64,000 bases of DNA from an uncultured bacterium (GTDB taxonomy: Bacteria; Vulcanimicrobiota; CADAWZ01): the NCBI GenBank assembly GCA_949288455.1, contig CASEKF010000019.1:5940-69939 (forward strand), given 5' to 3'. This document shows positions 55,552 to 64,000 of the stretch, piece by piece (within the stretch, counting starts at the first letter, position 1; every line of letters begins with the position of its first letter). The position numbers were made by a program, and so were the translations under genes. Under the pieces are notes generated by a model. That model saw only the letters and a list, made by a program, of their open reading frames with translations, did not search any database and was not told the DNA's origin.

Positions 55552-57885
55552 TCAAAATTCGTTAGTTTCGTTTTGCTCATCTTGAGGACTGTCTAAAGAC
55601 GATCCCGATTCGGGAATAAGAAGAGGCTGAGCTCCCTCGGAATCAAGTTTAGGAATTTCTATAGCGTCTACGCGCTTCACGTTTTCCGGAGGTTTAGGTA
55701 TTTGAATAGTTTTAATTTTAGGCGGAGGAGGAACGGTTTCTTCAGGAGGAAGAGGTATATTTTCCGCCGGTCTGGGTTCTCCTTCGGAGCGTCTTGGAGC
55801 TTCTTTCTTAACTTCGGCTTGAATCTCTTCCGCTTTAATCCTCTCTATTTTTCCTGTCTTACTGTTATATTTAACGGGGCCATGTTTATTGCAAAATTTC
55901 TGCGGAACAGTTCCCTTGGCAAACGCCTTTTTAACTATATTTTGACAAGTTCCGTTGGCTCTCAGACCTGTCTCGGCGCAAAAAGCGACGTTTATCTTTC
56001 CGTTTTCATCTTCTCCAAATTCCATTTTCTTTTCTTTCGCCAGAACCTGTTTCATAAAGTCGGCCCATATTGGAGCCGGCAAATCGCCTCCATAAACGTA
56101 ATTCATTCTGGTGTTATTGTCGTTTCCCGTCCATACCACGCAGACCAACTGAGGAACGTATCCGGCAAACCAAGCGTCTCTGAATTCATCGGTAGTGCCG
56201 GTTTTGCCGGCAGCGGGACGGTCTATTTTAGCGGAAGCGCCGGTACCGCTCTCGATTACGGTTCTAAGCATTTCAGACATTGTAAAAGCGGTAGACTCGG
56301 CTATAACTTGCTCGGAAGCAGGCCACCTATGATCCTCAATAATCTGTCCCGAAGAATCGGTTATCAGCTTTACGGCAGTCGGCTCATATTTTACTCCTCC
56401 GGAAGCGAATACCGAATAAACGGAAGCAAGTTCCAAAGGCGTAACTTCTCCGCTTCCTAAGGCGACTGATAAATAAGGTTCCAAAGGCTCCGTAATGCCA
56501 AGTCTGGCGGCATAATCAAGAACAGTGTCGATTCCAAGTTTATCAGCCATCTTAACAGCCGGAACGTTTCTTGACCATTTTAGATTCTCCCTAAGCGACA
56601 TATTACCGCGATAAGTTCTGTCGCTATTCTGAGGAGACCATATGACTCCATCCGCCATTCTATAGGATACAGGCGCGTCTGATATAGGAAAATCGGGAGA
56701 ATAACCTGTGTCTATAGCAGCCGCGTAGATAATAGGTTTAAACGAAGAACCGGGCTGACGCTTTGCCTGCCATGCCCTGTTAAACTGATCGCTTTCCTTA
56801 TATCCGGCTCCTCCGACCAGAGCTTTAATATAGCCGTTTCTGGGATCTATGGCGACTAACGCCCCTTGAGAAGCGTTCATATATTGACTGGAAGCCAGCT
56901 TCATTCCCTTTTTAATAGCGTCCTCTCCGATTTTTTGCATCTTAATGTCGAGAGTCGTATAAATTTTTAAACCGCCCCTATAAAGCAAATCGTCGCTATA
57001 TTTCTGAGATAACTGTTTCAAAACGTAAGAAGTGAAATAAGGAAATTTCAGCATCTGAAGCTCATTCTTTTTTGGAGCGTAAACCAGTTTTTGTTTTAGC
57101 GCTTCTTCTTTTTCCCGCTCGGTAATAAACTCGCATGAAACCATTCTATCAAGAACCATTGCCTGACGTATCAAAGCTGATTCTTCGTCTACGAACGGAG
57201 AATAAACGCTCGGAGCCGGAGGGAGCCCCGCTATCATCGCGCTTTCCGCTAAAGTCAATTTCTTAGCCGGCTTACCAAAGTAAGTCTGAGCCGCCGCTTC
57301 AATGCCATAAGCTCCGGAGCCAAAATAAATTTGATTTAAATAACGTTCAAGAATTTCGTTTTTAGTAAAACGTCTTTCTATTTGCAGGGAAATAATTATC
57401 TCCTGAATTTTCCTGCGTATAGTCTTTTTAGGATGAAGAAAAATTTCCCTCGCCAACTGCATAGTGATGGTGCTTGCTCCCTGAGTCGCAGTTCCTCCTT
57501 TTAAATCGACGATAAGCGAACGGGTTATGGCCTTTAAGTCTATTCCGGGATGAGTGTAAAATCTGGAGTCCTCGATAGCGACTATAGCGTTTTTCATATC
57601 GGCAGGAATCTCTTCCAACGGAACCCAGTACCTGTTTTCCCTAAAAAGAGTGGCTATAACAGTTCCGTCGGAAGCGTATACTATAGATGTCTCCGAAGGC
57701 TCAAATTTAGTGAGTAAATCCACGTTGGGCAAATCTTTCCCGTAGGAATTAATAATAATTATTCCGGCGGCGATCGCGGCTATAAGAAAAAATAAAACTA
57801 AATAACAAAGAACGAGAAGAAATTTTATGAAAAATCTTCCGCCCTTCTTTTTTGTTTTTTTACCGGAATTTTTATTATTCTCCAT
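55552..57885 (-). CDS. class A penicillin-binding protein (PBP1A family)
   Basis: EDSRFYTHPG, GASTITMQL, RKIQE (transglycosylase); SSFK, SRN, KTG (transpeptidase). Start uncertain (57885/57894/57924). Confidence 0.95.
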   Translation of the reverse strand: MENNKNSGKKTKKKGGRFFIKFLLVLCYLVLFFLIAAIAAGIIIINSYGKDLPNVDLLTKFEPSETSIVYASDGTVIATLFRENRYWVPLEEIPADMKNAIVAIEDSRFYTHPGIDLKAITRSLIVDLKGGTATQGASTITMQLAREIFLHPKKTIRRKIQEIIISLQIERRFTKNEILERYLNQIYFGSGAYGIEAAAQTYFGKPAKKLTLAESAMIAGLPPAPSVYSPFVDEESALIRQAMVLDRMVSCEFITEREKEEALKQKLVYAPKKNELQMLKFPYFTSYVLKQLSQKYSDDLLYRGGLKIYTTLDIKMQKIGEDAIKKGMKLASSQYMNASQGALVAIDPRNGYIKALVGGAGYKESDQFNRAWQAKRQPGSSFKPIIYAAAIDTGYSPDFPISDAPVSYRMADGVIWSPQNSDRTYRGNMSLRENLKWSRNVPAVKMADKLGIDTVLDYAARLGITEPLEPYLSVALGSGEVTPLELASVYSVFASGGVKYEPTAVKLITDSSGQIIEDHRWPASEQVIAESTAFTMSEMLRTVIESGTGASAKIDRPAAGKTGTTDEFRDAWFAGYVPQLVCVVWTGNDNNTRMNYVYGGDLPAPIWADFMKQVLAKEKKMEFGEDENGKINVAFCAETGLRANGTCQNIVKKAFAKGTVPQKFCNKHGPVKYNSKTGKIERIKAEEIQAEVKKEAPRRSEGEPRPAENIPLPPEETVPPPPKIKTIQIPKPPENVKRVDAIEIPKLDSEGAQPLLIPESGSSLDSPQDEQNETNEF

Positions 57886-58420
57886 CGTCTGCATCCTCGT
57901 TTTGCTTTCCGGAGAAAGAACCATGTTTGTCAGTCTCCTCTTTATGAATCACGGCAAGAATTCCGTTTATAAACTTTCCCGCGTCGTCGGCACAAAGCAT
58001 TTTAGCTAGAGTAACGGCTTGATCTATGGAAACTATATTTGGAATATTATCCATATACAGCATCTCAAACAACGCAATTTTCAAAATAATCTTTTCAATA
58101 TTGCCAATTCGATCATATTTCCAATTGATCGATTTATTTTTTATTATTTCGTCGAATTGACCGGAATGTCTCATAACGCCGTCAATCTCTAAATCTATAA
58201 ATTTGACGAACTCTTCGTCTTCCAAATATCTCATAATGTTGGCCAGTTCATGCGTTACGATATTTTTATCCTTGACGGAGTCTGAATATACGGCTTCTAA
58301 AAATTCTCTATCGACGCTTGATAACGCGTTCATTTTAGCGTCGATAGGATTTATTCCGCCGAGTTTCATTTGAAAAAGAGCGTTAATAACAATAATCCGA
58401 GCTATAAGACGTTTGTCCAT
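57875..58420 (-). CDS. nusB: transcription antitermination factor NusB
   Basis: AR...ALFQ, WKYDRI, ILKIALFEM, VSIDQAVTLAK, KFINGIL. Confidence 0.9.
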   Translation of the reverse strand: MDKRLIARIIVINALFQMKLGGINPIDAKMNALSSVDREFLEAVYSDSVKDKNIVTHELANIMRYLEDEEFVKFIDLEIDGVMRHSGQFDEIIKNKSINWKYDRIGNIEKIILKIALFEMLYMDNIPNIVSIDQAVTLAKMLCADDAGKFINGILAVIHKEETDKHGSFSGKQNEDADDGE

Positions 58421-58433
58421 AAAATAAAAATCC

Positions 58434-59288
58434 TCACCACTTATTTATGCCTGAAACGACTCGATCCAACCCTGCGATGTCTTTCCAGACCGTAACGTCG
58501 CTAAAACCTGCGCGGCGAAATCTTTCGGTAATCAATCCGGCTTTAGCGGAATGAATTTCCATAAAAAGAGCCCCTCCGGAATTTAAAAAAAAAGGAGACT
58601 TATCGATTATTTCATAAGGTATACGCAAGCCGCCCCAGGGAGAAAACAAAGCCCTGAAAGGTTCGAAATACTTTACCGACGACGGCAAACTTTCTTCAAT
58701 GTCTATATAAGGCGGATTTGAAACTATAACGTCGAATTTTCTGTTTTCAAAAGGCTTGAAAAGATCTCCTTCGACAAATTCTATATAATCAAAAACGCCG
58801 TGGATTTCCGCGTTTTTTTTAGCGACCTCAAGAGCGCTGAGCGATATATCAGACGCAACGACAGATATCCCGGAAGAAAATTTCAGGAGCGAAATAGCAA
58901 TACACCCGCTTCCGGAACCTAAATCCAAAACGCTTAAACGGCTGCTCCCTATAAATTCTAAAGTCTTTTCGACTAAAAGCTCAGTTTCAGGGCGAGGTAT
59001 CAAGCAACGATGATCGACGCGGAATTTAAGAGACATAAATTCTTTTTCTCCCATGATATATGCGACAGGTTCTCCAATAGCCCGCCGCTCTACTAAAGAG
59101 GCATACTTACTCGCGGCTTCGTCTTCGACGCTCATACGCATATTCATTAAAAGCTCTTCCCTGGAACAGGCAAGAACAGCCCGCATAAGCAGAGAAGCGT
59201 CTAGTTCGGGAGAGCGTGAATCGTCTAAAGAACTTTTTAATATATTCTCCGCGCATCGAATCAAAGAATATATTTTAAAATTCGACAT
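58434..59288 (-). CDS. prmC: release factor glutamine methyltransferase
   Basis: GEPVAYI, LIPRPETE, DLGSGSG, SNPPY; downstream of prfA. Confidence 0.95.
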   Translation of the reverse strand: MSNFKIYSLIRCAENILKSSLDDSRSPELDASLLMRAVLACSREELLMNMRMSVEDEAASKYASLVERRAIGEPVAYIMGEKEFMSLKFRVDHRCLIPRPETELLVEKTLEFIGSSRLSVLDLGSGSGCIAISLLKFSSGISVVASDISLSALEVAKKNAEIHGVFDYIEFVEGDLFKPFENRKFDVIVSNPPYIDIEESLPSSVKYFEPFRALFSPWGGLRIPYEIIDKSPFFLNSGGALFMEIHSAKAGLITERFRRAGFSDVTVWKDIAGLDRVVSGINKW

Positions 59289-60355
59289 TAATTTTCGACC
59301 GCCAAGGCCTTCTTCTGGGAATCTAAAGTCAAAGCGTCTATAATAGCGTCAAGCTCTCCCTCCATTACCAACTCTAGATTATGAACGCTAAAACCTATTC
59401 TATGATCGGTTAATCTGCTTTGAGGAAAATTATAAGTTCTAATTTTTTCGCTTCTATCCCCAGATCCAACCTGAAGCTTTCTTTCATTAGCAAGCTCGTT
59501 AGTTTTCTTCGACTGTTCAATCTCCAAAATTTTAGCTCTTAACAGTCTCATAGCTTTTTCTCTATTTTGATGCTGAGAACGTTCGTCCTGACAAGCTACT
59601 ACTATTCCCGTAGGAATATGAGTCAATCTTACCGCCGAATCGGTTTTATTAACATGTTGTCCCCCCGCCCCCGAAGAGCGATAAGTATCGATTTTTAAAT
59701 CGGAAGGATTTATTTCGACGTCTACTGCCTCAGGTTCGACAAGAACGGCTACCGTCACGGTAGAAGTATGAACTCGTCCAGAAGATTCGGTTTCGGGAAC
59801 TCTCTGTACTCTATGAACTCCGCTCTCATACTTCAGTCTAGAATAAACATTTTTGCCGGAGATAGAAAAAACGACCTCCTTAACTCCGCCTAAGCCGGTC
59901 ATATTCGAAGTTATTATATCTGTTTTCCAGCCGTTTTTCTCTGCGTATTTGCAGTACATCCTGAAGATCTCGCCCGCGAATAAAGCGGCTTCGTCTCCTC
60001 CCGCTCCGCCTCTGATCTCCATAATAATATCTTTTTCGTCATAAGGATCCTTAGGCAGAAGCATAATATAAAGTTTTTCCTTCGTCTTTGACTGAACTTT
60101 TAAAAGAGACTCTAACTCCTGATTAATATATTCGCTCAATTCAGGATCTTCTTCATGACGCAACATAGCCTTGGTGTCTTCAATGTCTTTCAAGATTTTT
60201 TTATACTCGCCATACAAAGCGACGGTATCTTCAATCGACGTTCTTTCCTTATTCAACTTTTTAAATTTTTCCGGGTCCGAAGCTACTTCAGGATCCGCAA
60301 GCTGTTTGTTTAATTCGTTAAAACGAGTTTCTATAAGTTCAAGCTTTTTTTCCAT
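59288..60355 (-). CDS. prfA: peptide chain release factor 1
   Basis: [16 protein letters not shown] (PxT), [15 protein letters not shown]. Confidence 0.97.
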   Translation of the reverse strand: MEKKLELIETRFNELNKQLADPEVASDPEKFKKLNKERTSIEDTVALYGEYKKILKDIEDTKAMLRHEEDPELSEYINQELESLLKVQSKTKEKLYIMLLPKDPYDEKDIIMEIRGGAGGDEAALFAGEIFRMYCKYAEKNGWKTDIITSNMTGLGGVKEVVFSISGKNVYSRLKYESGVHRVQRVPETESSGRVHTSTVTVAVLVEPEAVDVEINPSDLKIDTYRSSGAGGQHVNKTDSAVRLTHIPTGIVVACQDERSQHQNREKAMRLLRAKILEIEQSKKTNELANERKLQVGSGDRSEKIRTYNFPQSRLTDHRIGFSVHNLELVMEGELDAIIDALTLDSQKKALAVEN

Positions 60356-60641
60356 ACCGTTTGAAAAGTTACAAAAAACCCCTTAAACTTTATCTTTATA
60401 ATCGCTTCCGACTTTTCGGCGTTATCAATATTTTACAAACATTATCTTAATCTCGCTCCGACGAACGTTTATTATATGTTAATAGAGAGCTAAAATTAAC
60501 GCTTTATTGCAGATTCGACTAATCTTCTAAAATATTTCAAAAATTACAAGGGAACGATTGTTTTACAGTAACTGCCTCCATTCGCGTGATATTACTAAAA
60601 GCGGAATAATACCGCATTTCACTTAATAAAATCCTACGGAT

Positions 60642-61271
60642 TTATTGTTCGGCGCCAAAAAAACATAAAGGAAGTTCTTCGGCCGACAAGCATGAACCGG
60701 ATTTATTCGGAAGTTCAAAACAAGCGCGGCACCTCGCTTCATATCCTTCCTTAGAATCGCCTACAAGAATCAAAGGACTGTTGTAGTCGGCGGCTTTTCC
60801 GTTAATAATTCGCTGAGAACGGCAGGCGTCTTGACCGCAAACTACGCATATGGCTCTAAGTTTATCGACTATTTCGGCTTTAGCAAGCAGATCCGGCATA
60901 GGCCCGAAAGGCTCGCCTCTGAAATCGAGATCAAGTCCGGCGGCTATAACCCTTATGCCCTTATCGGCAAGAGCGTCGCACACTTGAATTATTTCTTTTG
61001 AGAAGAACTGAACCTCGTCAATGGCAACTACTTGAACTCCATCTTCAAGACAATCGAAAATATCATATGGATGATCGACGGGCAAAGCGGTAATCTTAAC
61101 GTTATTGTGAGAGACTACATGCTCTATGCCGAACCTATTGTCAATTATAGGTTTAAACACCTGTACTTTAAGCTTGGCTATAATGGCCCTTCTGACTCTT
61201 CTTATCAGCTCTTCGCTCTTCCCGCTGAACATACTTCCGCATATAACTTCCAAACTGCCGTTTCTACTCAT
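60642..61271 (-). CDS. tdk: thymidine kinase
   Basis: [37 protein letters not shown]. Confidence 0.96.
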   Translation of the reverse strand: MSRNGSLEVICGSMFSGKSEELIRRVRRAIIAKLKVQVFKPIIDNRFGIEHVVSHNNVKITALPVDHPYDIFDCLEDGVQVVAIDEVQFFSKEIIQVCDALADKGIRVIAAGLDLDFRGEPFGPMPDLLAKAEIVDKLRAICVVCGQDACRSQRIINGKAADYNSPLILVGDSKEGYEARCRACFELPNKSGSCLSAEELPLCFFGAEQ

Positions 61272-61962
61272 GTGTCAAATCCTCTAACCAAATCTTCTGC
61301 ATTTTTACAAAACATTTCAAATCGCCTTGAGGGCAGCGCTCTAAAGACAGGCATTCCGGACCGGCTTTCTGAAATATCGTAGGAGAAACCTTAACGGATT
61401 CGCGCAGCATCTTCCAAGCTAAATTTCTTATTTCCCACTGAGCTTTTTTACAACACCGCAAAGCGAAAAAATGCAATAATTCTCTAGCGTTCATCGTAAC
61501 TACTATATTAGTGGAACAAGACGAAGGCAGTATATATCTGGCGTCTTCCTGAGAAATTCCTCGGCTCAGAAACTCTTCGTACAGTTTCACGGCGTTTTTT
61601 ACCGCTTCTATATAAAGTCCCTGAAGTCGCTTGTCTTCCTTAATTCTGATCGGAATGACGAACTCGGTCTCAGGATCCATTCTCACGTATCTCTGACTTT
61701 GCTGAGAATATGAAGCTAAGCGATGTCTTACAAGTTGATGACTCGTAATTCTTGATATTCCTTTAATAGAAAAAACGTAAGAAGCATGTTCAAATATGGA
61801 CATATGCCCTTTAGATAAAGCGTCGCCGATTCTTTTTTTTATTTTTTCTTCCGAAATGTCAGAAAATATTTCGTCGGCAGAACGTTCGCCGTAACATACT
61901 CTAGCGGCTGAAGCCACAATACGTTCGGCGTCCGGAGTATATGATAAAAGAGTTACCTTCAT
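61264..61962 (-). CDS. thyX: FAD-dependent thymidylate synthase
   Basis: [35 protein letters not shown]. Confidence 0.96.
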   Translation of the reverse strand: MKVTLLSYTPDAERIVASAARVCYGERSADEIFSDISEEKIKKRIGDALSKGHMSIFEHASYVFSIKGISRITSHQLVRHRLASYSQQSQRYVRMDPETEFVIPIRIKEDKRLQGLYIEAVKNAVKLYEEFLSRGISQEDARYILPSSCSTNIVVTMNARELLHFFALRCCKKAQWEIRNLAWKMLRESVKVSPTIFQKAGPECLSLERCPQGDLKCFVKMQKIWLEDLTHE

Positions 61963-62001
61963 TTATTACCTCTTACCGAAGAGAAAATTAAAATAGAATA
62001 T

Positions 62002-62035
62002 AATGAAGAGGAGAGCAAATACTCCCCTCTTCATT
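62002..62035 (-). terminator. stem-loop after rpmE
   Basis: AATGAAGAGGAGAG / CTCCCCTCTTCATT inverted repeat. Confidence 0.6.
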
Positions 62036-62056
62036 CCTCTAGAACGAATATAAAAG

Positions 62057-62269
62057 CTATGCTTCTTTAGTAAGACCGTAACGCTGGCGGAATTTTTCAA
62101 CCTGTCCTTCTTTAGCGCTGAAACTTTTTTGCTTGCCTGTATAAAACGGATGACAAGCCGAACATACTTCAACTTTTAAAGTTTTCTTAGTGGAATAGCT
62201 CTTAAAAGAATTGCCGCAGGAACAAGTAACGGTAACTTCTTCAAAATCAGGATGTATTTTAGCCTTCAT
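62057..62269 (-). CDS. rpmE: 50S ribosomal protein L31 (Zn-binding type)
   Basis: [23 protein letters not shown]. Confidence 0.96.
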   Translation of the reverse strand: MKAKIHPDFEEVTVTCSCGNSFKSYSTKKTLKVEVCSACHPFYTGKQKSFSAKEGQVEKFRQRYGLTKEA

Positions 62270-62535
62270 TATCAATCACCTCAATAACATAAACAATAAA
62301 TTTAAACCTGAAAAATTATATCATAAAAAAAATAACTTGGCAATACGGAAAACTACGTTAAACGCGAATAAATTAACAAGCTAAAAAGAATGACATGCTT
62401 AAAGGCTTATCGCGATAACGTATAGAATTTTAACGAAATTAATATAAACGCCGCTAATTCTATCCGCCCTTTTCGACTTTTTCCTAAAAATCTACGTTCG
62501 GTATATCATAATTCAATAAACCGCATAAAAACGCT

Positions 62536-63108
62536 ATGACTAATATAAACAAAATAAAAACGATTTTTTTCTCAAATCTTTTCATCAGCGCATTTACGTT
62601 TGGAGGAGGATACGTTATCGTTCCTATGATGAAGAAAAGATTTTCGGACGAACTAAAATGGGTAGAAGAAAAAGAAATATCCGAAATGATCGCCTTAGCT
62701 CAATCGGCTCCCGGGCCTATAGCAATAAACTCGGCCATTTTAATCGGCTACAGGATAGCCGGAGTCTCCGGAGCGATATCGGCGATACTGGGAGCCGTTC
62801 TTCCTCCGCTGGCAACTTTATCGATTATCGCTTTTTTTTATGATCAGCTTAAGAACAACGCGACAATATCGGCAATAATGCAAGGTCTTCAAATAAGCGC
62901 GGCGGCGGTAATAATAGGCGCGGTATACGACATCTGCGCCAAATCTTTAAAAGAAGATAAAATTTTCTCAGCGTTTATAATAGTTTCGGCTTTTATAGGC
63001 GCTGTTATCTTTCGCTTAAATATAGTATATATACTAATTACCGCAGGAATATTAGGTTTTCTAAAAATGACATTTTCGACAAACAATAAAAAGGATTATA
63101 CTAAATGA
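62536..63108 (+). CDS. short-chain chromate transporter subunit (ChrA family)
   Basis: FTFGGGY, AQSAPGP. Confidence 0.9.
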   Translation: MTNINKIKTIFFSNLFISAFTFGGGYVIVPMMKKRFSDELKWVEEKEISEMIALAQSAPGPIAINSAILIGYRIAGVSGAISAILGAVLPPLATLSIIAFFYDQLKNNATISAIMQGLQISAAAVIIGAVYDICAKSLKEDKIFSAFIIVSAFIGAVIFRLNIVYILITAGILGFLKMTFSTNNKKDYTK

Positions 63109-63662
63109 TTTATTGGCAGCTTTTCGCAGTCTTTTTTCAAATCGGCCTATTTAGTTTTGGCGGAGGCTACGCATCTCTGCCTCTTATAGAGGAACAAATA
63201 GTCTATAATCATAAATGGATTACCATGAGCGAATATATGGATCTTGTGGCAATTTCCGGTATGACTCCTGGCCCTATAGCCATAAACGCGTCGACTTTCA
63301 TAGGCTCAAAACTGGCCGGCATACCAGGGTCTCTGGCGGCTACGGCAGGATGCGTAGCTCCGTCATGCTTAATAGTAGGCCTTATAGCCGCGGTTTATTA
63401 TAAATACAGAACGCTTAAAACCGCTCAGGGAATCCTTCAGGGCCTTAAACCCGCCTCGGCGGGATTAATAGCATCGGCCGGCCTGTCTCTTACCTTTATG
63501 GCGCTTTTGGACAAAAGCGGCTTTAAAAGCGAACACATGATAGACATAACGGCAATTATATTATTTGCCTTAAGCGTTATAGCCGTACAACTCAAAGCAA
63601 ATCAAATTGCCGTTATGTCTGCATGCGGGATCATATACGCCGTATTAATTAGTTTCAGATGA
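63105..63662 (+). CDS. short-chain chromate transporter subunit (ChrA family)
   Basis: FSFGGGY, MTPGP; 4-bp overlap with its partner. Confidence 0.9.
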   Translation: MIYWQLFAVFFQIGLFSFGGGYASLPLIEEQIVYNHKWITMSEYMDLVAISGMTPGPIAINASTFIGSKLAGIPGSLAATAGCVAPSCLIVGLIAAVYYKYRTLKTAQGILQGLKPASAGLIASAGLSLTFMALLDKSGFKSEHMIDITAIILFALSVIAVQLKANQIAVMSACGIIYAVLISFR

Positions 63663-64000
63663 AGCTTCTTCTTCTTTCTTGTCGTAAAGCTTGAGCGACA
63701 CTCTTGTTATTCTCATATTGTCGGTTTTCTCTACGGACAACTCATATCCGTCCCCTTCCGCTTTTTGTCCCTGTTGAGGCGGCATTTCTACATGAGCGGA
63801 AAGCCATCCGCCTATCGTATCTATATCTTCGTCGTAAAGCGAAAGTCCAAATTGCTCGTTAACGTCTTCCAAAAGCATTCTGCCGTCTATAGAATACGAG
63901 TTGTTATCTAATTTCTCAACGGCCGGACGCTCTTCGTCAAACTCATCCTGAATTTCTCCCACTATTTCTTCCAGTATGTCCTCGGCCGTGACTAGTCCGG
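63645..64000 (-). CDS. hemolysin/TlyC (CBS-CorC) family protein, C-terminal part
   Basis: GLVTAEDILEEIVGEIQDEFD followed by a CorC_HlyC domain (DTIGGW); truncated by the window edge. Confidence 0.9.
   Translation of the reverse strand, partial: GLVTAEDILEEIVGEIQDEFDEERPAVEKLDNNSYSIDGRMLLEDVNEQFGLSLYDEDIDTIGGWLSAHVEMPPQQGQKAEGDGYELSVEKTDNMRITRVSLKLYDKKEEEASSETN

Noticed and set aside
55680-55720. TIQIPK in the PBP1A tail identical to the repeat core of the 9866-11104 protein
   Set aside because: A six-residue match within Pro-rich low-complexity sequence is probably coincidental.
55702-56460. 252-aa plus-strand ORF and the many other ORFs nested in or antisense to housekeeping genes
   Set aside because: They lie entirely opposite or within well-supported genes and show no recognisable motifs.
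1-64000. CRISPR array, tRNA, rRNA or prophage
   Set aside because: No regularly spaced direct repeats, tRNA cloverleaf, rRNA-like segment or phage structural gene was seen on reading.

Overview
Chromosomal window (AT-rich intergenic DNA, mostly minus-strand genes) from a bacterium that is probably anaerobic and Terrabacteria-like; the lineage is inferred from gene content only and is uncertain. Most genes are housekeeping: htpG, leuS, thrS, rocD, sbcCD, hemW, fhs, dacB, PBP1A, nusB, prfA/prmC, tdk, thyX, rpmE, comEA, comEC, a chromate transporter pair and a partial ygeY-ygeW-xdhC purine-catabolism cluster. One IS200/IS605 element has a frameshifted tnpA, an intact tnpB and a recognisable right end. 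I found no CRISPR array, rRNA or tRNA. The most notable observation is two genes about 33 kb apart (2989-3915 and 36310-37269). They share a homologous, signal-peptide-less Gly/Ser/Met-rich N-terminal module fused to different peptidoglycan-hydrolase domains (GH73-like versus NlpC/P60-like). They also share an upstream motif, TTACA-N15-TTACA-N32/33-TATAAT, which suggests a co-regulated, modular family of exported cell-wall-attacking effectors. Other leads: an ADP-ribosyltransferase-like effector candidate, an uncharacterised helical repeat present both as a multi-unit and a single-unit protein, a structured candidate cis-regulatory RNA ahead of rocD, a secreted 12-Cys mini-protein, and long perfect inverted repeats between convergent genes.
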